In this document: positions 49,701 to 62,668 of the stretch, piece by piece
Numbering within the stretch: position 1 is the stretch's first letter
How the letters are laid out: each line of letters opens with the position of its first letter
Assembly (NCBI GenBank): GCA_040954595.2
Contig: CM082584.2
Location: 12,058,875 to 12,122,874 of the forward strand
Source: Balanoglossus misakiensis
Lineage: Eukaryota; Animalia; Hemichordata
Direction of reading: 5' to 3'
DNA: 64,000 nt
Program-made: the position numbers and the translations under genes
The notes under the pieces: generated by a model
What the model saw: the letters and a program-made list of their open reading frames with translations, nothing else
Database searches by the model: none
What the model was told of the DNA's origin: nothing

Positions 49701-51131
49701 CCAAACCTCTCAACTATGAATCGCTTTCAGGTCGACTGAATTCTCAGTCCTCATCGGGCAGTCCACCCCCAACAGACAACGACGTCAACGGTGTCAGCAT
49801 TGATGACGAGGTTGATTCTGGCATCCTAGCAACAAGCGGCAGTAACCATGGCTACATGCCTGCACCTATTCCAATATCCAAGTCCAGGCAGCCAGCAACA
49901 ACCCAAACTGAGGACTTGCTGTGTGATGGCAAGACGGAGGATGCAGTGTTGAAACCAATCCTACCTCTCAAAGGTTTGTTGATCTTAGACTTAACGTGTG
50001 TTGTCAAAATTAAAATAGAAACAATGTCTTCATCAAAAAGTGGTTCAACAAAACTGTTATTATGGTATCCCATGTAACTTTAGTGCATCTGTTTGCAGCT
50101 ACAGCCATAGGAACAGATGAAGTCAGTTTGAGTACATGTACCACCACAGAAATGACATCAGAAAACAGTTCAACATTGGGTGAGAACGAGTATGGTCCAG
50201 ATGACAGCCCATGGAGTAGTTGTCAACAGCTGGCTGAGCTGGAGTTGTTATCACAGGAATTGGTACATAGAGGGCCACCCAAGTCAGAGGCAGAGTTAAG
50301 GTATAGTGGCCATATCTCTGTTTGTCTCAGAAATCTTTATCATTATTTTCAAGTTTCAGCAGGACCAGTCGTGTAGAATTGTGTTAGCATTAATGTCCAG
50401 ACCCCTACCATTTCCTTGTTGCAGGCATTTACTGAAAATGTTCTCGGAAGCAACGTGTCTTGAGTGGAGTTTGCTGTTGGCTGTCGTCCTGCGAGATCCG
50501 GTCACCGTAACAAGTGTGGTCAACACAGCCAGCATGACAGAGTGTCCATTGGAGATGATCGGCAGAATGAGAGAAGCTTTGTCTTTCCTGGAGCTGTGGG
50601 CAGATACAGAGTGGTGAGTTCTCACAGTCCATCCCCTTGTAATCTTCCATGCAAGTGATACTCTATCTATATTGCCCAGCTGTTTGAAGCATAGACCCTC
50701 ACACATTTCCTTCTCGTTGATGACATGGTTAAACATGTCTCAGCCCAAAGAACTCTGGAATATAACATAAATAAACACATGCAGATGTTGAGATGTGCTT
50801 ATAACATTTCCTTTTGTGCATTCTCTCTTACAGTCCTGGATATCGTCCATTTTTGTACAGTTTGAAGCCGCAGGCTCAGGTACTTACTGCAATAGTCAAT
50901 TCCGAGACAGCCGTCAAGACTCCCAGTAAGACCCCACCAGATACTCCTACCTCTCCCACCCCTGAAGCATCATTTACGGGCTCTGAGTTGAGTTTTCACG
51001 GTTCATATGGCAACCGCACTGATGAAGAGAACGAGGTCCGAACCCTCGATGGAAATTCCGAGTCGGAAATTTCAGAAGAAGAGATTGAACCCACCGATGA
51101 CGACAATAGTTATCAGTGCCGTGTCTCGTGA
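34470..51131 (+). CDS. RIC1: RIC1 homolog, RAB6A GEF complex subunit (~31 exons)
   Basis: Exon 1 (34470-34610) [11 protein letters not shown]. Later exons carry 'AEWKPDST', '[16 protein letters not shown]', '[10 protein letters not shown]', '[21 protein letters not shown]', '[22 protein letters not shown]', '[13 protein letters not shown]', '[15 protein letters not shown]', '[32 protein letters not shown]', '[13 protein letters not shown]' and '[13 protein letters not shown]'. The last exon (50834-51131) ends YQCRVS*. Confidence 0.97.
40688..40786. repeat. Compound (GAT)n(GAC)n(GAT)n microsatellite in a RIC1 intron
   Basis: Directly visible trinucleotide run. Confidence 0.97.
42590..42990 (-). 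mobile_element. Possible highly decayed Gypsy integrase remnant in a RIC1 intron
   Basis: Fragments on the - strand, '[17 protein letters not shown]', 'HDMNDVT', 'DLPRCGEN...LT' and 'VDY', occur in the order expected for the integrase zinc finger followed by GPLP.S..GN.YILT.VDY. They are spread over several frames. Confidence 0.4.
43981..44045. mobile_element. Partial second copy of the TTAA-MITE family
   Basis: ttaccccttcgccaccatggtttggtccaaatccattgttttctatggtaaag aligns by eye to 24278-24350. Confidence 0.6.
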
Positions 51132-54100
51132 CAGAATAGTAGTCTGATTCCCTTAGTCAAATAGAAACCTACCTGGCTGTTTGTTGTCTACATTGTCGAA
51201 ACATTTTCAAAGTCCATGACAAAGACAATGTGTGTATTAACAAAACACCAGGCTCATCCCATGCAAATTTGTCTATACAAGTGTGAATGTAATGTACAGA
51301 TCTTTGTTTTTTTGAAAGCAAACATGTTTTTTTATACTTTTTTGTGAGCGTTCAAACTGAGCACATTTTCATTCCTTGTCTCTGTGATGTATTCCTTCTT
51401 CCTTAGAAACAGAAAGTTCATGTCATGCAGATTACTAGATGTCAATACATATTGCTCCTCATTCTACCTCATTTCAGTATCCTTGTAGTTGTTAAGTGTG
51501 TGTTTATCATGTAATTCAGCCCGTCGCATGTTCTTCTAGTGTCTAAACTCACCATTCACCACACCCAGCATGTTAAGTTCCCTAGATAACACATTTTGTG
51601 CACTTAACGCTGTACACATTTCACATAAGGGAAAGGTACTCATAGCTTCATCTCTTGATTGTTCAGATTCTTTCATTCTGTACTTTGGTAGGTTCATTTT
51701 TCTCTCAGGTCACCAATGGAAGGTTCACTTTCCTTAGTGCTTAAATGGTTGTTCCTGATCCTGAATTCTGTCTTTTTAGGAAAATAATTGTTAAATTAGA
51801 ATCACCCTATGTAAAAAAATCTTCTTAAGGTATTTTCTTTCATAAAGTACACATTACTTCTTTGTTATAAAATTTACTGCATATTTTAACAGTGCCATGA
51901 ATGTAACAACTCCATGTATATATTGTGTATCTCTCTAAACAGTCTGAGAAAATGTGTCTCAGTAGTGTTTTGTTACCTTTTTACAGTAAATCTTTCCATT
52001 GTTGTTTTTGTTTTCTTTTCTTTTTTGGTACAGGACTTTTATAACTATGAATCCAGCATTGAATTTATAATGGACAATGAAGACTCTGTGTGAGATTATA
52101 AAATCTGCCCCTTGCAAACTCTGCCCTGACGTTGTTTAAACCCTTTGCCAATCAGTAAAGACAGAAATCTTTGTACCATCATATCAACATTTGAATGCAG
52201 TGTACATCTGGCTGACAATTCTCAGCAGAATACACAGTTGTGCCTTCACTGTGCAAACTGCTCTTTTACTCAAGATTTCATGGGTCTGGGTTTACTCCTG
52301 TATGGATTTTTCATACTGGGTACATCTTTACTGCTTTAGTCATTTACTGTGGTTAAACCAGGCCACACTAATAATATCTTCGAATACATCAATATAATCA
52401 GAATGCTATTTGCTATGTTCAAAAAAAGGGTTTTCAGATATTTTTACATTTAAAATGGCATCAGTATGTGTACAGATGGTACATGTAAGCACTTTAGACC
52501 AACTGGACAGGATCACAGAAAACTCTGTTTTCATCTTGGTGTATATTCACCCCAAACTGGAGGAAAAGGGACACATGTTTAAATTCTCTTGATTTATTTC
52601 CTTCTCTTCTGTTTATTCTCTGTGATACAACATATCACTTTTTAATTGTTTCGTTGATTTTCCAAGTGTTAATTATTGATGCTTGTCCATTTGTAGATGT
52701 CTACTGCCACTGATTTTAAGAAAACTTACAACTGTACTGATCTGTTCTTGCCAGTATTTTCTGCTCTTCCAAGCTCATGTTTGGAGGAGCCATCTGATTT
52801 GATGTTACCATGGAAGTGGTGAATTAAATCAAAGTGACAAGAAGACTTTTGGTTATAAATTGGTCAGCAAAGTGATCAGTTTGTAAACCATGTGGTTCCA
52901 TGGTACATCAGCAAGAGCTTGAGAAAGACTCGGCATTTCCCTGACCCCACTCATCATTCCAATTTATTTTATTTTAAGTCACAGCAGTTCTATCCCTGTG
53001 TGGCAGTGTGTGTTGTGTGCTAAGGAAACATGTTTTTACTTTTACTTTGTTTTAGTTCCACACATGTTTTGCATTTTGGATAAGAGACCAACACTTTTAT
53101 CGGGACCAATTGCCACAGCACTTTTATTGATTTCAGAGCAGATGTCTCTAAATGATATGTGATTTTTATTTAGATTTTACTTCTTTAATTTGTTTTTGTT
53201 TTTATTTTGGTTCATAATTATAGAAAAGTGTTGTTGTAAAGAAGAAATTTCCGAACATACTGCTGGAGTCACATACTTGGTAATATTTATGAAAAGAGCA
53301 GTGCCAAGCATATAGTCTATATTTATATTTATATCTGAATATTGTTGCAATTTTTAGGGGTTGTTATCCCATAATAATGAACTGCATTACAAGATTCTTA
53401 ATTAACTTTCCCAAAGTCAGTCTGCATTGATTTATTTAGGGCTACGAATGAGTGATACCCAGTCTTGAGGATGATTTTATGTACCTGAAGCCAAAACTGA
53501 AAACTACCCTAAAAATGAGCTCATGCAATGGATACACATGTATGTTATTTATTAATGATCTTTACAGATGAACAATGAACTTGAATTGATAACAGAGGTT
53601 GGCCAATATATTTTTATGTCCTGAAGCAAAATATGAAAATGTTCAAGGTTAGTTTGCACCACCAGGAAGAATATGACTTCCTTTACTGCCACCACAGACA
53701 AGCTGACCAACTGGGTAAAAGTAATATGATTATGTGAAAGCCATATTGGATGGTAATGTTTCATATCGAGTTCTACATATATGAACTTGACATGAATGGA
53801 TGAATGTTCATGAAGTGCATTCTTTTGCACTGTTGTGAGCATTCATGCAGACTGAGAAATGAAACTAGGTCAGTTTTGAAAGCAAGTTATTGTTGATATA
53901 GTGATATGCTGTTGTTGAAATATTTACATGCGAGTAAAAAAATTGTCTCAAACTTTAAAAAATTATATATATAGGTATCTCAATATTCCTGTGTATCCCG
54001 GTTCATGTCTTTTAATGTTTAACTATGACGTATCTGAATCTTTGATTTTGTTTGTAACTTATCTTCCATGTGGTGCTAGAATTTGGTCAGATTCCTTTAT

Positions 54101-54155
54101 TATGTAACAGTTGTCATTGAGAAGTGGATGAAAAACTTCAGTGGATTCCAGTGTA

Positions 54156-54169
54156 AATAAAATTTTATT
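54156..54169. terminator. Palindromic double poly(A) signal AATAAAATTTTATT
   Basis: AATAAA on + (54156-54161) and on - (54169-54164), between the convergent RIC1 and orphan TM genes. Confidence 0.5.
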
Positions 54170-54597
54170 CCTATGATGAATATTGAAATCTGTGCGTATG
54201 TAGATGTGGTATTTGTACTCCATGGAGGTATACAGTTACTTGTGCAAATTTAACTGGAAAGTTTGAGATCTAGCCAACGACAGATGTCGTTGATGGTCAT
54301 GTGAAAAAATGCACTTTGGCATATTTACCCGAATGTATAGACAATAAGGGACAGTGAAGTCATGAAGTGATAGCAATAAATATGTTGCCATTTTTTCCCG
54401 AAAGATACTTTAAAATTTGCTTTCATGTCATCCAAATTACACGGGGATACTTCCTTCTGTGATATATACAAGTTTTGGTGACGTTTTACAGAGCTATGCG
54501 AGTTATGATGACGTCTAGCTCAGTTATGCAAGTTGTGATGACGTCTTACACAAGTTATGGCGTCTTACACTCAAGATATGAGAACGCCTTTACAGAT

Positions 54598-55833
54598 CTA
54601 CATATCTATAGGGGTCAGTCTACCACCTCCGTGCCTCCCTTCTAAACTCGGAATAGAGCGAAGATTTCCTGAACTTTGGTTCTGCTTGATCATTGGCTTG
54701 GTTGGGTCTTCCCTTGCGCTCCCTGCAGATGATGCATCGGAGTTGTTTTGTTGTTGAACAGAAGTGGCTGACGCCCCAGTGTCAGCTGATGTGTTATTGT
54801 CTGTTGCAGCTTGACCGTTCCCTGTGCCACTGTTATCAAGATTTATCCCTTTGGAACTCACAATTGTTGTTTCACGATCCACAATCGGCGGTGCTGAAAA
54901 TATTGAGTTATGATTGATTCTAATTAGGAGGGTGCAATATCTGATTCCAATAAGTTTCTTTAAAAATTGACGTAGGCCTAGACTTCTGCATTTTCGACAC
55001 AAAAAGCACTATATAGGCCTATACCAATCGCAACTTTTTTAGAACACTAATAGTAATATAACGGTGGATTCATTTGAGAATGTTTAACAACTGTGAATAA
55101 AATTTACTCACAGCCTGCTAGATAGTTATTCTGGCCTCTGTCCACCAGAGGGGTTTGTGAGTCAGACTTTGGAGGAGCCTCTACCTTTTCTGGATCCTTT
55201 TCTTTCCACAACCTGAAAACAATTTTGTAAACGGGAGTAAAGATGGCAATGTTAAAGACATGGCACCGTTGCTGGCCAAGAATTTCGATACGGAGCTGTT
55301 AATACAGTGAGAGAATGTTCGATATAATGAAGCAGATTTCAGTGGCAATAGTTTACTGGGTGGTGCAATTCGCAAAACGTTAAACCTAAATAAGGAGAGC
55401 TTTCTTACCAACGCCTTTTACGTTTCATCCAAATTACAATAATTATGATACCGCCAACAATAAGGACCAGAATCAAGAACAAACCAATCAACCAGTAATA
55501 GTAGACTGAAAGAAAAAGTCCCACTGAGGTTTACACACTCTATAAAACTTGGACTGACTTAAAAAACAAGGTATGTGTAGGCAGAGGAACCAAAACGGTA
55601 AATCTCATATCAGAGGATATTCTAGTTTGAAAATATAGGTAACAACTTCCCTTCTGTGTCCGAGGCCATTATTTGCCTTTCAAATATTTCATCTTTCGAT
55701 GTCTACTATTTTTACCTGGTCTAGTTGGTGGTGACGGTGGTTTGGGCAGCTTAAAGTCTGGTAGAACAGGGCACTCGGGGCAACTCAAAGTCAAACCAAC
55801 AGCAAAGTCAACATCATGGCAGAACTCCATCAT
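54598..55833 (-). CDS. Uncharacterised single-pass membrane protein, 203 aa, 4 coding exons
   Basis: Exons 55833-55716, 55505-55409, 55212-55112 and 54893-54598 have canonical GT-AG sites and matching phases (1,2,1). Product: MMEFCHDVDFAVGLTLSCPECPVLPDFKLPKPPSPPTRPV-YYYWLIGLFLILVLIVGGIIIIVIWM-KRKRRWLWKEKD...RLTPIDM*. A candidate non-coding exon donor AAG|GTAAGT is at ~56846. Confidence 0.8.
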
Positions 55834-57542
55834 TTCTGCAAAAGCAAAACGAAGACTCGAGTACATGTATATCTCGACTGCACACGTGTTTTGAGTGCGT
55901 GGGCATGTTAACACCTGGAATTGGGTACTGACCAATCAAATATTAGGTATGTTTGGTAGTCATTTCACAATGCACACGGATTGAAAGTGATATTTTCATT
56001 CTTGCATTGCGTTCACTTTATGATCAGTTCAACACACTGCACTCTCTTGTCAAAACGCAAAGGGGATCTTTGAAAGTATGCCCATGGTGAGACTTGGTGG
56101 AGAATCGTCAATCAGAGAAGTGAGAGGGGTTGGGTTCGTGGGATTTTGTTTTATTATTGGAAGATTCCACGGGACCAGCCATGCTGTACGCCTCGGCCCT
56201 GACATCAGCTTTTACGCACACTAATTTTACGTGATTAACGTTGTTGCCTTGAAATACAGGCATGCTTCACGAGGGTAAAGACTCGAAAGAAAGTGCTAAC
56301 ATAACGAATTCTCGTGGACATTGTATGTTTTGCTTATTGGAGGAAAGGAATAACAACTGACACCCGATGGCTATCAAATGCGTGGGTGCAATGACACACG
56401 AAGGCGGAAGTAACTCGAAAATGGCAGAAGTGCTTCTATTAAAAATATTAGTCAGACTTTCGGACTGAAAGTAGACTTATTGTACAGGTTTCGCGTTGGC
56501 ATAGCCATTAAAAAGCGGTTTCTTTACTTAGCTAGGCTAAAATGTAAACTGAACTAGGATACATGTCTCAGAGACATTTGAAAGTTTGTACGAAACTCGG
56601 TGCGCATACACATAAATATAAACAAATGGAGTCTGAAACACGCTAGAAAATCAACCTTTATACATAATTGAGTCTCTGAGTTGAAAATGAAGTGTTCATA
56701 GGCCTATAGGCCGAATTGGTAGCAGAAGTGTGCCGAAAGCGTGTGGTTGTACATTACCTATAGCATTTTACGTCCATGCTATAGCATACAACATGCGCCG
56801 TATGTTTGTCAACACAGCGCGGTCGATAACGTCATCGCAACTTACCTTAAAACAACAGTGACACTTTTAGTTTGTGTTCACCTCTGGGAAGACCGAGCTT
56901 ATACACTCCCAACAAGCAACGGTTAAACTTATATTAACGGCGAAGCTATGCTATAAGCGAGTTTTTCTTCCTGGTGAAGGTTTATTGTTTAATTTCAATT
57001 GATCTAGCAAAGCAACCTTTCACCCGGCATAGATTCATACGTTGCATCCCGGAACTTGGTTTAAAAATTAACAAGAGATTGTATAAGTTCGAGTGCTGTG
57101 TAACTGTATAACTAAAAGTACGGACGTTTAAAGTGATAGGCTAAATCATGCGTGAGAAAGAGGGGGAGAGGAGGAGGAGAAAGAGGAGGGAGGGAGGAAT
57201 CCAAATAACTTTATCACACAATACGACCAATACTGTACTGTCGTTCGAACGTCAACACTTTGCACTTTGGTATTTTGGTTTAGGGGAAGGGTTTTGATTT
57301 AAACGAACGAATTTTCCTTTTTAGACGACTGCGACAATCTGAGACGATATATGTGCATGATTTATATCTAAATCTATGCAGACTTACAACAAAACATCCC
57401 TGACGATAGAATGGATTCTCCCGGCAGGTAAAAAGTGGATATTCCCTCATTGTGGAGCTTCTGAGAGCTCGCAGTCCTGGGCCAGGGACGGTCAATGTCA
57501 AGTGTCTAGATCTATCGGCTTCTCCGTTTCGACAGGGAAAAA

Positions 57543-60500
57543 ATGGACGGCGAAAGTCAAGAGCAACAAGCACCGCCGCCCAGTCGGTTGAAGGCAATAT
57601 TGTCGTTCAAGAAAACGGCTATTTTCGCCATCACGCCGATATTACTGGCGCCTCTACCGATGTATATTCCGGAGACGGTGAGTCATTATTTTGACTTCTT
57701 CTAGTCAGTCCAGACGTTGCTAAGATATCGATTGTCCTCGAAGATTTATAAATGGCGTACTTCTACTTGCACCGCACGATAAAATAAACATCATCCATGA
57801 TAAGTATATAACCAAATAAATCATAATTTTAATACCATGCCTCAATTTTACATCTTTCACTCCTATGATGTGACGTGTGACCTTGGGTGGCATTTCATGA
57901 GATCAGTTCCCGAGTTAAATGTCTCATCATCGACATTGCAGTCTCAGTTTTCCAATCTAGTGATGAAGAGACAGTGCATGTGACATCTTGTTTCTCAAAG
58001 CAATATTCTGAACAATTATGTTCCGTTTTTCTGCCGTATTAGAGAAATTTGTAACGATGCTGGCAAGCGTGACATTGGCATCGGATTCTCTGGGTCTGGG
58101 TGCTATGGTAACTCCTCTTTAGTAACTTAGTCACGTCGAAATTATTAGTCAGAGCATGATTGTGAATGATGTGTTTACAATCATGGGATGCAGTGCGCAG
58201 TGTTTTTTTCCTGTGAAGACGGATTTCATACATTTGAGGCGTATATATACCCTTTATACAATTTTGAAAGATGATAAGAAATTCATGTTAATGGCAGCTT
58301 GTTTTAAAACAAATATCTAAACGTGAAATTAAATGTCACAGTCGTCCGTCAACAGTCATCAGTTGACAGTGATTCACGCTCGGTTTGTTGCAGGAGTGCA
58401 ATACGGGAGAGTGGAAAATTCCATCTACTGAGCCATCTACTGTAAAGCGATAGGAGTCGCCCTCGGGTCAGACCGGCCTTCATTGGCTGTTGAGTGTTCG
58501 CATTAGCATGACTTTCCAGGATTTGCAAATGTCAGATTTCTTGCTTGTGGGACTGCTGATAAGTCAACCACTGAATTCTAAGTTTAATTGACCACTCGTA
58601 TTTTTTCGACCTTTAAAAATCGATGTCAGTTAATGTTAACCGAAGTTAGGCTTTGATAAAAATAAACCTACGTAGCATAAAATACTGGCATGCTATAACA
58701 GAAGACAGAAACAACAACAAACAAAAAATTCAAATCAATTATGTCTGTCCTCATGTGCAGACATTTTTCATATCATTCTACGTTTGCTGTTTCGTCTTGC
58801 AGGAGTCCCTGGCTGCATACGTAGCTCTGCTTCTGGCCGTTTACTGGGTCTTTGAAGTTGTCCCTCTAGCCGTGACGGCTCTCCTTCCCATCATCCTCTT
58901 TCCCCTGCTGGGAATCCTCGACTCCAAGACGACATGCAGCAATTATTTCAAAGACACCAACGTGCTCTTCGTCGGTGGTCTGATCGTCGCTGTCGCAGTG
59001 GAGAAGTGGAACTTGCACAAACGAATCGCTCTTCGAGTGCTGCTATTGGTCGGATCGAAACCCAAGTGGTAACTATAGCTATTATATTCGACATCTATGA
59101 TAACTTTAGTCTGGTTCCCTGCCCCAATCCCACCGCTGGCTGCGCTATGCTAAAGGGAAAGGGTTAGGGTTAGGCCAGCGGTGGGATTGGGGCAGGGAAC
59201 CAGACTATGATAACTTGTTTCTATGGAGTGAATTGTCAATCCATCAAAAATCTGCTCAAGATTGACAAAACTTCTCAAACAACAACTCAAACAGCGCTTC
59301 TCATCAAGTGTCTATGAACACCACCATAGTACTGTACGACAGAGTGTTAATTCGTGTGGGAAAAGGACATGCGTCACAGGCTCGAAAATGTGTAAGTTTT
59401 CAAATATTAAACTTTTTATTTGTCTTCACTCCTATTTTATAGGATTATGTTCGGTTTCATGGTAACTACTGCGTTTTTATCAATGTGGATCAGCAACACG
59501 GCGACAACAGCTATGATGGTCCCCGTTGCCAAGGCAGTAGTGACAGAATTGTGTTGTCAAGACGACAAGGTGAGCTCACAGACCCCTCAAGGGATGTCTG
59601 TAAAAGGTCAATTTTGTAGATTATAGATGGCTCTGATGAGGCAACTCCTACTCACAGACAAATGCCACTAATCGACTGATCTCAAAAAGCTACGATTTAG
59701 AATCAGACTTTCAGTTCTATTTACGTATGTTCGTGTTATTCTTATTTTCTTGTTTGTATCGCCTGTGCATTTTACTTATGGAGGCTGATAAAAGTACGAA
59801 ACCGAACGTAAACAAGAAGAAGGCATCCCTGCCGAAGGCTGGATGGTCACACCAGTCTATCAAAGAACTCGCACTGCCCTCTAGCAACACAGAAGAGAGA
59901 AACCCTATGATTCAAAATGGCGAACCGGAAATGGAATCACACTTCGACGAAGTTGAAATGAACGAAATTCAAGTGATGACGTAGGTTCAATCATGTTCAA
60001 GACATTTATCAGAGTTTCTGTGTCTCAGCTAAAAATAGAAATGGCAGTGCGGACAAACAGATCGATCGTCACTGTTGGGCTGATTACTTTTACCACCCCA
60101 ACAATTCTGATTGGTCAGTTCAACTCCGCACACCGTAAACAGGTAGACTACAGCACTTGTGATTGGTCAATTACGCTCTGCACTCTTACAACAGGTGTGA
60201 CGTAGAGGCGCCAGACAATCTACGTTGACACGGGCGATGACCCCATAATGTTGTACGCATCTCTGACGTGTCTCCAAACTACGCTATTGAATCATTTTGT
60301 TGTTTAGACATTGACGAAGAGCCAGACATTTTCTTCCCTGCGCAGGGCAAGTGGTGACATCGTGAATGGGCATCTGGAGATCAAAGAAGACATCGTGGGC
60401 GATGAGGATTTCTACATCGACGAAAATGCGAGAAGGAAGAAAAACGAAGACCTGCAGAAGGGAATATTCTTGTGTGTTGCGTACGCAGCTAACATTGGTG

Positions 60501-62668
60501 GCACTGGTACACTCACTGGTACCAATCCTAACCTCGTACTGGCTGGACAGGTTGAAAGGTGATTTTACATTGGCCTTATAAGCTCATTCGGGACAGATTT
60601 TCAGAAACGTGATGATGATTATTTTCCACATTCTCCTGTTTAACATTTGGATACCAGTTACCAATTGAATACCCGCTCTTATTTTCCAGTCTGTACAGTC
60701 GGGAAGCTGGGGTTAACTTCGGAACTTGGTTTGCATTTGCCTTTCCTGGTATGGTGATTACTTTGCTTCTATGCTGGTTCCTTCTGGATTTTATGTATTT
60801 GAATTTGAAGTAAGTCAGTTTTATTTCTGAATGCCTACGTTATTACGTTTCGACTCAGACATGTCGATAGCGTGTATCATGAATATCAGCAAGCCTTATG
60901 TCACGCTCGGAGAATGAGTTCATGCATATTTATTTCCAAATGCACATTTTGTATATCAAAGGAACGAAATTGTCAGTTGCTTCAAGAATATCTGTAGCAA
61001 CAGATCGGAGATACAAAACAACAACGAGGAATCTGACTCCGTGAGACGAATTTTCCGAGAGCAGTACGAAGAACTTGGTCCAACATCGTAAGTTTCACCA
61101 CAGTTATACCCATACCATGTGCGATCATGATGATACCCCTCGTTATGATTTTTTAAAGATATCAAATGAGATTTATTACAAGTCTGTAATCCCCCCTCTC
61201 TCCTATCCTTTATAGGTGGGCAGAAATTGCTGTTTCGTGTCACTTTGGAGTACTAGCGCTCCTCTGGCTGACGAGAGATCCCGGCTTTGTACCTGGCTGG
61301 GGCATATATTTTGAAGACGGGTACGTCTCCGTTTTGTGGAAAATTATATGGCTTGGTATAAAAAAAAAGTCCATGATGGCTTTAGCATTTTGTGGTGGGT
61401 CATATTGGTTGCATGACATGCTGGGTTGAACTCTGATTTTTATAATGTTTTATTTAGTTATGTGACAGACGCAACCGCAGCGATGATGGTAGCCATATCG
61501 CTGTTCGTATTCCCTTGTCGACGTCCAAATCTGTCTTGTTGGCAAAGAAGCCAAGGTAGGATCATCTGTCTCGTTGCCCCAGTTTCCTAGACAAAATCAT
61601 GGGTCTATGGTTCAATCCAAATACTAATTTCTGTCTAAATTTAGACAGTAACAAAATGGGTTCAGTGCCAGCCATACTCGACTGGAACAGCGTCAATTCA
61701 TCTCTACCGTGGAGTGTGGTCATCTTGCTTGGTGGAAGTTTTGCATTGGCCGATGGAATCAAGGTATGCCGGTATCAAGTTTTGTTCTCTCAAATTACAC
61801 TCTGCTCGATCTAGCCATCGCCTATAGATGCCTAGATGCCTCATGTTGTGAATCATTTTTTTTCCCCAGACTTCTGGTTTGACTGATTGGATTGGAGATC
61901 AGATGACAGGTTTGTCGTCCGTGCCGCCAATCGCCGTGGCCTTTGCCGGAACTTTGGTGGTGGCCATATTCACAGAGATCACCAGCAACACCGCAACAGC
62001 GACAATATTCCTGCCAGTCCTCGGAAAACTAGTAAGAGTCGAGTCGTCATATTTATATGATGCAGACAGTTTTAATTACTAGTATCACTTGCCCAAAGCG
62101 ATTCAGTGGAACTGAGAAAGCCATTCTGACCTTTGTATCGTAACTTCAAATAATCTTACTGCCTCTAATTCCCATCCACTCTGTCTATACGTTGTCTCTT
62201 ACAGGGCGAGGCGGTGCACGTGAACCCGTTGTATCTCATGCTCCCGGCTTGTCTGACCTGTTCGTATGCTTTCCTGTTACCCATAGCAACGCCTCCAAAC
62301 GCAATTGCGTTTTCCTACGGGGTCCTGTCTGTGTCGGACATGGTAAGACAGTATTGTTAAATTCACACCCTTACATTTTATATCGAAGATGGTGCCCCGA
62401 ATATGGATTTAAGCTAAGATCTACAGTCGAAGGAAATGAAAATACCCTGATCATTCAATATTTTCAGGTGAAGGCTGGCACACCGATGACAATCATCGCC
62501 ATTCTTCTGGCGCTGTTGAATACATACGTCATGGGTTCTGTGTTGTTCGACGTCACCAATTACCCCGACTGGGCAGACTCTGCACTGGCTACAACAGCGT
62601 CCCCTAACGTCACTGGTTTGCCGTGCGTGGCCAATATTCTACCAACCGTACAGGTGGCTAACTTGTAA
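57543..62668 (+). CDS. SLC13 (DASS family) Na+-coupled di/tricarboxylate transporter, SLC13A2/3/5-like
   Basis: Exon 1 is 57543-57677 (MDGESQ...[11 protein letters not shown]). Exon 58803-59068 has '[12 protein letters not shown]...[14 protein letters not shown]'. Both SNT motifs are present (MWISNTATT; EITSNTATA), along with '[12 protein letters not shown]', '[16 protein letters not shown]' and '[11 protein letters not shown]'. ATPPNA/TLTGT.PN favour the carboxylate subtype over the sulfate subtype. Exon boundaries at ~59570-59970 are uncertain. Confidence 0.93.
59107..59207. mobile_element. 101-bp hairpin MITE with 34-bp perfect TIRs and 9-bp TSD
   Basis: TAGTCTGGTTCCCTGCCCCAATCCCACCGCTGGC (59107-59140) and its exact reverse complement (59174-59207), flanked by TGATAACTT at 59098-59106 and 59208-59216. 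Confidence 0.9.

Noticed and set aside
54495-54570. Imperfect repeats of AGTTATGATGACGTCT (CRE-like) in the 3' UTR of the TM gene
   Set aside because: A short degenerate tandem duplication with no evidence of function.
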